A stretch of DNA of 64,000 bases from Longimicrobiales bacterium. Its GTDB lineage: Bacteria > Gemmatimonadota > Gemmatimonadetes > Longimicrobiales > Gaopeijiaceae. The notes beneath the pieces are model-generated. The model saw only the letters and a list, made by a program, of their open reading frames with translations, ran no database searches and was not told where the DNA came from. Made by a program: the position numbers and the translations under genes. Location of the stretch: contig CBDAON010000003.1 of the NCBI GenBank assembly GCA_965198065.1, forward strand, positions 1-64,000, in the 5' to 3' direction. This document shows positions 55,322 through 62,871 of this stretch, in pieces (the stretch's first letter is position 1; every line of letters starts with the position of its first letter).

Positions 55322-56488
55322 TTAATTACCCCAAGCAGATGCAAACCTGTCGACTTCTGCCGCCTCGACCCTGTTCTGTACCACATGTGCGAGGGCCGCT
55401 TCGATGACCTCGCGGGGATGATCCGTTTCCTCGGCCGCCCAGTCCCGGAAACTGGACCTGAAACCGTGTGGAACGGCCGCGATCCCATGCTTCCGGAACA
55501 TCCGGCGCAGTTGCTTCTCCTCGAGCTGCTTACCGACTCGATTGGGAAACAGATACGGACTGGTTCCCTTCACCAGCGTCCGTGCCCCGTCCAGAATCTC
55601 CAGTGCACGACCACACAGCGGGACCCGGTGCTCGCGGTTCGCCTTCGTCCGCCTGGCCGGGACAGTCCACACACCCTCGTCCCGATCAATCTCGGTCCAC
55701 TCCGCCCACCGCACCTCACCCCATCGTGCCGCCGTCAGCACCAGGAACTCGAACGCCAGCCGGACGGCCAGCGGCACCGTTGATGCCCGCGCGGTCTGGA
55801 TGGCCGCGGCCACCTCTCGATGCGGCAGCGCCCGCATGTGCTGCACGACGTCACGCTGGGGACCCAGGACCGGGTCGATCCGGTTACAGGGGTTGTCGAT
55901 CCGGAACTCCATCGCCACCGCCCACTCCAACACCGCGCGGATGCGCTGCCGCAACCGCCGGGCGGTGTCCGCCTTCGTGTGCCAGATGGGAGCGAGGATC
56001 TCCAGCACGTCGGCGCTAGTGACCTCCGAGACCGGCATCTTCCCGATGCGCGGGAAGGCGTACCGCTCGAAGGTCAAGATCCACTCGCGGCCGTGCACCC
56101 GACTTCGCCAGCCGGCTTGCTTCTGTTCTACTACACGCGCGGTGGCTTCGGCGAAGCTCGGTACGCCCTGCCTACGACGCTTCTCGGCAAGCGGGTCGCC
56201 GCCCTAGCGGGCCAGCTTACGGTTGGCCAGCGCCTTTTCCCGGGCCTCGGCGAGGGAGACCAGCGCGACGCTGCCGAGCCCGAGCTCGCGGCGCCGACCC
56301 CGGATGACCAGGCGCTGAATCCAGCTTCGGGTTCCGCTTGGCTGGACGAAGAGGTACAAACCGTTGCCGTCCGCGTGTCTTCCAGGCGGGGCAGTGCGCA
56401 CGAAGGCGGCCGACAGGGCCTTGTCTGGATGGCGGCCCTTGGGCTTGGTTTTCCGCGGCGGAGTGGCCTTGTTCGTTACAGTAACCAT
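55322..56488 (-). pseudogene. P4-like (Arm-DNA-binding) integrase with internal stop/frameshift and truncated C-terminus
   Basis: GRHADGNGLYL, ELGLG, LTAARWGE, HGFRSSFRDW and EAALAH motifs; TAG at 56204-56206. Confidence 0.85.
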
Positions 56489-56636
56489 CCCCGCATAATA
56501 TAGGGGATGGAGGCGGATATCAATGGATGTTGTGAGCGGAGTGCGTTGCTAGTCTATGCTCGTAACTTACTGTTATAAAAGTCAGTTATGGACTTAACTG
56601 CGAACTGTGTACTTGACGCAAATACGGATACCTTGA

Positions 56637-57056
56637 ATGGGTGACAGACCGGCGCATCCACAGGTTTGGGCAAGAGTGAACGCCCATGTAGATGAAGGTG
56701 TGGCGGATCTCATATCCGCCCTCTCAAGATTCAAGGGCCTACGTACCCTCGAAAGCTGTCAGGGTGAGCCAGACGGTGCGGCCTGGGCATGCTTCGTGGT
56801 GGGAGCAAACGTGGGGTGGAGGCCGCTAGCGGATCTCGTGTTGGGTTACCTGGGACCGGCTTTGGCCTCAGACCTTGGAGACATGGTGGACCTTTCGATT
56901 CACGCTACGGAAGCGGGCGGGGCGCAGGGAGAACTCACGGTGCGCTCGGAAGCGATGAGCGACACCGTGAGCCTCCTGCTCACACTATCGGCTGATTGGC
57001 AGCCTAGAGCGGCTTACCAAACGTGCGAGTGTTCTTGTGACACGTCTTACACATAG
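56637..57056 (+). CDS. Hypothetical protein (transposon cargo)
   Basis: 139-aa ORF containing VDEGVADLISAL...TLESCQG; family not identified with confidence. Confidence 0.6.
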   Translation: MGDRPAHPQVWARVNAHVDEGVADLISALSRFKGLRTLESCQGEPDGAAWACFVVGANVGWRPLADLVLGYLGPALASDLGDMVDLSIHATEAGGAQGELTVRSEAMSDTVSLLLTLSADWQPRAAYQTCECSCDTSYT

Positions 57057-57234
57057 CCAACAGGTTTCCGAGGCCGTCACCGCCACCGCGGGTGCGGTGG
57101 TGGGCATGCCAGTCGGAACCGTGCAACCCGTGCTTGCAACGACCAGTGTGGTGCGAGCACACCGACATGGTGCACTCGCAACGTCCGCCTGCACGAATAA
57201 AGAGAAGGCGTCGAGTATCATTGGAAACAGCCAT
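57004..57234 (-). CDS. Small HNH endonuclease
   Basis: RAGGRCEC...HAHH...GGGDGLGNLLAMCKTCH; RBS GAGGA. Confidence 0.8.
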   Translation of the reverse strand: MAVSNDTRRLLFIRAGGRCECTMSVCSHHTGRCKHGLHGSDWHAHHRTRGGGDGLGNLLAMCKTCHKNTRTFGKPL

Positions 57235-57294
57235 TGTAATGCGTCCTCGATTTGGAAAATGAATGTGAATGAAAGCACGTTTCAAAACGCCTTC

Positions 57295-57342
57295 TTAAAC
57301 GACGTTTTAAACGACGCATTAAATGGCGTTTTAAGAGCACTT
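57295..57342. repeat. Four tandem degenerate 12-bp repeats
   Basis: TTAAACGACGTT TTAAACGACGCA TTAAATGGCGTT TTAAGAGCACTT. Confidence 0.7.
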
Positions 57343-57405
57343 TCTTTTCGTGATTCTTTTCCTCGACGCAATTACACGATATACTTTATCTGTAAATGCG
57401 TGAGG

Positions 57406-57508
57406 TGCGGACGGCCGGAGTCGAACCGACACGGGGCGTCAAGGGTCCGAGAGAACCCGCCCCACCAGCTTCCAAAGCCAGCGTGTTTACCAGTTTCGCC
57501 ACGTCCGC
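57406..57508 (-). tRNA. Non-canonical tRNA: Leu-like type II body, anticodon TGG (Pro), ~34-nt variable region
   Basis: Acceptor GCGGACG/CGTCCGC plus A73; D region GGCGAAACTGGTAAACAC; anticodon arm CTGGC-TTTGGAA-GCTGG; T arm GTCGG-TTCGACT-CCGGC. Confidence 0.85.
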
Positions 57509-57570
57509 CAAACGCCTGGGGGCAGCCTTACGGCCACCCCCAGGAAGACCCCGGTTACGGGGTTAGGATT

Positions 57571-57582
57571 TTATGGCGGCAT
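57571..57582 (-). other. SD-led minigene ATG CCG CCA TAA (Met-Pro-Pro-stop)
   Basis: AAAGGAG-atcacc-ATG CCG CCA TAA, followed by hairpins at 57548-57563 and 57515-57544. Confidence 0.7.
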
Positions 57583-57662
57583 GGTGATCTCCTTTCTGGC
57601 GTGTCAGCGCCGGTTAGGGTGAGTGGTGCGCCCCCATCGTCGGAAACGGCGGTGGGGGTCTG

Positions 57663-58127
57663 CTATTCTAGTCCACCGATCTCCTCTTGCTGTGCACCTC
57701 CCGGCCTCGTCCATTCTCGGAGACCGTATTCGCCGGTATCAACCCGAATGAACTGGCCACCCTCCTTGTGTGATCGTCGGAGCATAGCGCCGAGGCTGTT
57801 GGCTAACTTCCTTCGGCCTTTCGCATACGGAAGTCCACGCTTCAGTAATGCGTCGGCGATATCTCGTGGTTGCATCGGTTGGCGGACCTCAAGCAAGCAG
57901 GACTCAGCAACCCCCTGTAGGGTAAGGCGGGGATTACTGTACCGACCGCCGTTAATAGACGGGGGTGCCTCGGACGCCTCCTCGGTTATGGTAGCCGGTG
58001 CTTGCGCTTCGGGTTCGCTCAGGTACTCGAACAGTATCTCTCGCGTGTTGCGGAGCTTGCGGGCGCGAGCTTCGTGGAATTGGATATCGCGATCAAGTCG
58101 CTGGATTAGGTCCATGTCGCTGGGCAT
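57663..58127 (-). CDS. Coiled-coil plus winged-HTH (HARE-HTH-like) protein
   Basis: N-terminal heptad segment; PMQPRDIADAL...FIRVDTGEYGLREW. Confidence 0.7.
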   Translation of the reverse strand: MPSDMDLIQRLDRDIQFHEARARKLRNTREILFEYLSEPEAQAPATITEEASEAPPSINGGRYSNPRLTLQGVAESCLLEVRQPMQPRDIADALLKRGLPYAKGRRKLANSLGAMLRRSHKEGGQFIRVDTGEYGLREWTRPGGAQQEEIGGLE

Positions 58128-58269
58128 GTTCGCATCCTACCCTAAAGGGGTTAATGTGACCGAAGTTAACGGCAGCGTGCGATCTTTGCTAGGGTGTAGT
58201 GAGGACAACGCGACGACAGGCCGATCTTGCTTGTGGAATCAGTGTTAATCGTATTATAGGAGGACCCAT

Positions 58270-58461
58270 ATGGAGGCCGAAGAAAAGCCGACACCGGACA
58301 ATAAGAAAACCGGTCCTGACGCAGATCGCGTGAAGCTCGAAGGAGACTGGGAGGATGCGGTGAAGAAGGCCCTGAAAAAGAAAAAGCCCCCCGAGGGCTG
58401 GCCGCAGGAGGACGAGCAGAGCGGGGAGTCTGTCAGTGATTCAGGATCGGACAGAGACTGA
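58270..58461 (+). CDS. Small charged protein of the kind seen beside IS1595 transposases
   Basis: Strong RBS AGGAGG; RVKLEGDWEDAVKKALKKKKPPEGWP. Confidence 0.7.
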   Translation: MEAEEKPTPDNKKTGPDADRVKLEGDWEDAVKKALKKKKPPEGWPQEDEQSGESVSDSGSDRD

Positions 58462-59193
58462 GTGCCAGCCACCTATCGAATGCGTGTGTGCCCTTACCAC
58501 TGGCCCGAGTTGCTGGTCGAAGCGCTTAAACCGGGGGTTGTTCATGCGCCTGTACCAGTAGATCGCTGCGATGGTTCTGCCGATACCGTCTGCCGCTTGA
58601 ACCCCATGATACCACTCCGACGGTACGAGGAGGGGGATCTCTGTAACGCGAGCGTCGGCTGTCCGAAAAACAGGGTCCGAGTAAATAAGACTCTGAGCGG
58701 ACGCAAGAACGCGCGTATTCTGAGTCTCGGTGCGGCGGTCCATTATCACCACCCCCCGGCCCACACGCGATCCTGCTTTGTCGTTAAGATATTTTTCAAA
58801 CCTACGCAGTGTACTTTGCATGAGGCTGGTATAAAGCCCGGAGTAGGAGTGGTTCGCACGAGTAGAGTCTTTCTTGACTCCGTTTGCAAAAACGGCGCCA
58901 CCGCACGAACCAACCAACCCGAGCACCTGAGATATAAAGCGGATGTCGCGTCGCGTTCTGAGCGTCTTCGCTTCAAAGCGTTCCGGGCGGATACCGTGCA
59001 AGGTCTTGGCGCGAGATATTTCCCTGCTATAGAAACGACACTTCAAGCGGAAATAGGACCGGTCGAAGTCACGCCACCGTTCGCCAGGAATGACAAATCC
59101 CGCAAAACCGAAAAGCGGGTGGTGCTGGTGTCGCGGATCGGTGGGATCATAGGGGCCTGGATGACCGAATTCATCGAGGTAGAGAAGGTACAT
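58441..59193 (-). CDS. DUF3800 domain protein (predicted RNase H-like fold)
   Basis: MYLLYLDEFGH N-terminal motif, IMD, and C-terminal SEWYHGVQAAD. Confidence 0.88.
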   Translation of the reverse strand: MYLLYLDEFGHPGPYDPTDPRHQHHPLFGFAGFVIPGERWRDFDRSYFRLKCRFYSREISRAKTLHGIRPERFEAKTLRTRRDIRFISQVLGLVGSCGGAVFANGVKKDSTRANHSYSGLYTSLMQSTLRRFEKYLNDKAGSRVGRGVVIMDRRTETQNTRVLASAQSLIYSDPVFRTADARVTEIPLLVPSEWYHGVQAADGIGRTIAAIYWYRRMNNPRFKRFDQQLGPVVRAHTHSIGGWHSVSVRS

Positions 59194-59199
59194 GGAGGC

Positions 59200-59290
59200 A
59201 TGCCCCGGTACAAAATACACAGAGCCCGCGCCGAAGCGCGAGCCCTGGGGAACTGCTTGACCCAAGCATCCGGAGACACAAGGGCTGGCA
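59200..59290 (-). ncRNA. Candidate structured RNA leader upstream of DUF3800
   Basis: Hairpin TGCTTG/CAAGCA; CAGGGCTCGCGC-TTCG-GCGCGGGCTCTG followed by TGTATTTT. Confidence 0.55.
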
Positions 59291-59384
59291 GTATTACAAC
59301 AGATTGCTATACACAGTATAGCCTGTCAAGGATCCCCTTTGAAGGACTCCTGGGTACTCCTGGGTACTCTGGGGGGAACTTGGT

Positions 59385-60365
59385 TCATGGATGACGATAC
59401 ATGAGCCGCTTCCCCTCGGAGCCCCGGATAGCGGTCTTGATCCTTTCTCCGTCGTCAATCTTGCGAGTATTCCACCGAAACTCGAACTCGGACACGTAAC
59501 GGTGCAGATGCTCTTTGCTGACGTGGTGGAAGGTCCCCATGACGCCCCTCTTGAGAAGGGCAAAGAACCCCTCAACGGTGTTCGTTGTGGCGAGCACGTC
59601 CCCGTCCATGCGTGCATACTCGTTCTGCGAGTGACGAACCGTGTGATGCCCGTTGGCAAACTCGCGTCCCACTGGTATGTAATGCCTGGCTTCGTCAGTA
59701 TGGAGCCGAGCCGCTTCTGGGTCCACGTTCTCCCGAAGGTTGCTAGCGAGGTTCGCAGAGGTCACGTTCGTTACGACCTTGGCGCGCGCCTCTCCGTCCC
59801 GCTCGACGATGGCAATGACGGGCGTCTTGTTGTCCATACGGCGAAACCCACGCGGACGACGCTTCCCGCGCACCGAGCGGGGGCGGATTTTTCCACCGAC
59901 GAAAGCTTCATCCGCCTCGACATCGCCAGTAAGTGGACCGCCCGTGTTGGCTGCACCATTCATCGCGTATCGGACCCGGTGCATGAGGAACAAGGCGCTC
60001 TTGTACGTGAGGCCGGTTTGCCGTTTGATCTGCAAAGCGGACACGCCCTTCTTGCTGGAGCACGCCGCCCAAAACGCAAAGCACCAATGCCGCATGGGAA
60101 TCCGGCTGTCCTCCATGATGGTTCCGATGCGGACCGTGAACTGACGGGCGCACCCACGGCACCGCCAGAGGTACCGGGCGTTCCGCTCACCGGTATTCCG
60201 ATCCTTCATCATGTAGACATCGACATCGCCACAACGGGGGCACGACGGCTCCCCCTCCCAGCGCATGTCTTCGAGGAATTCGACCGCTGTGTCTTCGTCG
60301 GCACAGGCCATTGGGATGGCCCCGACGATGTCCGATTTATCGCCCGCGATCTTCGACATTTTCAC
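59385..60365 (-). CDS. IS1595-family transposase
   Basis: Zn ribbon CPRC..CRGC, KGVSALQI HTH, VEADEAFVGG, HTDE, NTVEGFF and HLHRYVSEFEFRWN motifs. Confidence 0.95.
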   Translation of the reverse strand: MKMSKIAGDKSDIVGAIPMACADEDTAVEFLEDMRWEGEPSCPRCGDVDVYMMKDRNTGERNARYLWRCRGCARQFTVRIGTIMEDSRIPMRHWCFAFWAACSSKKGVSALQIKRQTGLTYKSALFLMHRVRYAMNGAANTGGPLTGDVEADEAFVGGKIRPRSVRGKRRPRGFRRMDNKTPVIAIVERDGEARAKVVTNVTSANLASNLRENVDPEAARLHTDEARHYIPVGREFANGHHTVRHSQNEYARMDGDVLATTNTVEGFFALLKRGVMGTFHHVSKEHLHRYVSEFEFRWNTRKIDDGERIKTAIRGSEGKRLMYRHP

Positions 60366-60486
60366 TCACCTTTGGAGGCTTGAATTCACACTCTAAAGAT
60401 AAGGGATGTACGTGTTTGCGTCAAGTATCTAGTTCCGACTTAACTGGACGATACTGTACACCGGTCCAGATAGTCTGCCCATTCCT

Positions 60487-60942
60487 GGGTCGTGCGTGGC
60501 TGCCCGAGCACCCGGCACGCTCTCCTCTCCGACGCCCCGAGCTGCTGACGTACACGCACCACACAACGTCGTCGGCCCTCGGGGCTCAGAAGTTTCCCTT
60601 GGCCGCTTCCTCCACGATCAGCTTGTCCAGTGTCAAGTCCGCCACTGCTCGCTTCAGGCGCCCGTTCTCGCGCTCGAGCTCCTTCAGGCGCCGTGCCTGG
60701 CTCACCTTCATCCCGCCGTACTCCCGCCTCCACCGGTAGTACGTCTGCTCGGTGATGCCGAGCTCCCCCCTGATCAGCTTCACGGATTTGCCGCCGGCCA
60801 GACCGACCTCTGCCTCCCGCACTGCAGTGATGATCTGCTCCGGAGTGTGTCGCTTCCTTCCCATCCTGACCTCCTCGCTGAAAAGCTTCGGACCAGGTCG
60901 ATCCTAACATTGCACCTGGTCTCGTTTCAGCGGGTCAGGTCA
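60487..60942 (-). mobile_element. IS3-family remnant (IRL, orfA 60586-60864, truncated orfB)
   Basis: TGACCTGACCC.. end; RLKELERENGRLKRAVADL; AAGGGAAAC slippery site; SERRACRVLGQPR then a break. Confidence 0.85.
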
Positions 60943-61203
60943 GGTTCGTTAATTGATACGGTCACCTTGCCCGTCCGGCCGTGATACGTAAGCAGCCGGT
61001 TTGGCTCACGAATGCCGGCGACACTAAGCATGAAGTCGGTGACGGCTAGGGAAGCGACGACGCCGTTGGCATGCATCGGCACGCAAGATTGGAGGGATTC
61101 GCCGAGTCACGGCCCGCGCGTGCGACACGTCGACTCCGCCGCGCACGGAGGCTGAACCCGAAGCCGATATACGGGGGACATCAAGATTCCCGTAGACCGG
61201 GGC

Positions 61204-61917
61204 TCAGATCTTGCGTCCTACCAGGAGAGTGTGTGGGCGATCCTGCCAGATACAGTCAGCCTGGAATTTGGCTTCGCGCATGGCCGCGAGTTCGTCGTCG
61301 ACTGAAAAGTAGGTGTCCTCCGCCGACCACGCGGCGAAGTGCTCATAGGCGCGCTGTTCGTCAATGCCGCACGACACCAGGTGGGCGGCCCATCGACGGT
61401 ACGACTGCTCGCGCGCCCCCGCCGGGTGTGCGCTGATGGCCACGTCGGTGTTCACGAAGACGCCACCGGGGCGGAGCACCCGGTAAATGCGTGTATAAAG
61501 CGTGAGTTTGCGTGCCATGGTGGGAACGTGGTGCAGAGCCAGGGCCGTAGCCACGGCGTCACACGTGGAGAGTGGCGCCTCGAACGACCGCCGGCGGACA
61601 CGAGCGCGGGTCCCAAATCGCTTGAGCCGAAGGCGCGCCTGGGCCAGCATCTCAGGATCGATGTCGATGGCTTCAACGGCACCGACGCGTTCATGGTCCA
61701 GCATCGCTTCAGCCAAGGCGCCCGTTCCCGCGCCGAGGTCAAGCACCAGGGTTGGGCGAACACCAGCGATTTCGTTGGCAGCCCTCGCCAAGCCTTCTTC
61801 GTAGCCTGGGATGAACGTGCGGATGGTCTCGTCGTAGGCATCAATCTCAAGGCGAAGATGATGGCGGACAGAGTGGCTCATCAGCTGATCGTAGGTCAAT
61901 GGTTCATAGACGCTCAC
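61204..61917 (-). CDS. Class I SAM-dependent methyltransferase
   Basis: VLDLGAGTG, ALHHV and VLRPGGVF motifs. Confidence 0.88.
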   Translation of the reverse strand: MSVYEPLTYDQLMSHSVRHHLRLEIDAYDETIRTFIPGYEEGLARAANEIAGVRPTLVLDLGAGTGALAEAMLDHERVGAVEAIDIDPEMLAQARLRLKRFGTRARVRRRSFEAPLSTCDAVATALALHHVPTMARKLTLYTRIYRVLRPGGVFVNTDVAISAHPAGAREQSYRRWAAHLVSCGIDEQRAYEHFAAWSAEDTYFSVDDELAAMREAKFQADCIWQDRPHTLLVGRKI

Positions 61918-62464
61918 GTGCGGAGCTTCGACAGCGGTTACGTTACGCAGTCACCACAGCATCATGAAAAACGCACTAGACGTGGCCATGCGAAAGGCCT
62001 GAGCGCCTCTCCCCCAGAATCGTCGATTCTTGGCCCCGGCGGGGGGCCGACGTTGCACTCCGGCCATCCCGCCTTTGGGGTCGCTCAGGATCAATGGTTC
62101 CCTCCGTGAAGGGGTAAAACCTTAGTCGGAAAAATGATCGATAAGTCCCGTTTATCGCGCAGGATACGTCCCCCACCTCCTCACCCCACCGTCCAGCCAT
62201 GAGGCCACGCGGGCGTCTCTAGGAGCCCCCGAAGAGTTCTGAGGACACGCGAAGCGGTCCGCCGAACCCAGCGGTTTCTGGCCCCCCACGATCCATCCGT
62301 CGCCTCGCGTCCTCAAGCAATGCTCGCCTACAATCCAAAGAATATGACCGAAGACGAACGAGAACACCTGCTCAGCACAGCTTGGACCCGCTGGTGGAGT
62401 TGCCGCTCGGACGGACATCTCCTAACTCTTTGTATATCAGGTGTTCTTGGGCTTTTATGGAGCG

Positions 62465-62822
62465 CTACAGAACGTCAATAGATGCGTCGATCTCACCGAA
62501 CACGCCGTGCGCAATGAGTTCTCTCGTGTTGGCGACCGCAGCTTCAGGTTCGTAGCCGTCGTCGCGCACCAGAAGCCGGAGGGAGCGACCGTGCACGCCA
62601 CCCTGCTGGTTGGCTTCCTCGAAGGCCGCGCGGATGCCCAGGTTCATGTCCCGGCCCAGTTGGCCCGCGGGACCGTTCAGCGCAGCCGACTGGCCGAAGA
62701 CGATGGAATCCGGGAATACGCCCTCCCCGCCGGATCCCCCTTCCTGGGCGCGGCCGCCACCCGCCGGCAGGATGCCGCCGGCCACGGCCAATGCGCCAAG
62801 GGCGAAGCGGTAGCGGCCCATC
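62465..62822 (-). pseudogene. Branched-chain amino acid ABC substrate-binding protein, N-terminal fragment
   Basis: FGQSAALNGPAGQLG...GGVHGR..L...DDGYEP, then truncated. Confidence 0.75.
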
Positions 62823-62871
62823 ACGGCGAATTTCCCAGGTACCGGATGGTCAGGCAGGTGATATCGTCGGA

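Larger units (their letters stand above)
56600..60437 (-). mobile_element. IS1595-family cargo transposon, 3838 bp
   Basis: Imperfect 27-bp IRs (GCGAACTGTGTACTTGACGCAAATACG vs CGGAACTAGATACTTGACGCAAACACG); 8-bp TSD ACTTAACT at 56592-56599 and 60438-60445. Confidence 0.88.

Noticed and set aside
57295..57342. CRISPR array
   Set aside because: The repeats are 12 bp, contiguous and have no spacers; there are no cas genes in the window.
57406..57508. tRNA-Sec, tmRNA end or att remnant
   Set aside because: It folds 7/5 with a UGG anticodon (not UCA or 8/5), both halves and an anticodon arm are present, and there is no tag ORF or Ala G3-U70 acceptor.
57037..58248. 403-aa plus-strand ORF
   Set aside because: It is an antisense shadow across the HNH, tRNA and HTH genes with no recognisable motifs.
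59346..59374. Short tandem repeat ACTCCTGGGT x2 plus a partial copy as a type III antitoxin array
   Set aside because: The units are only 10 bp and lie upstream of the candidate promoter, which is too short to support the call.
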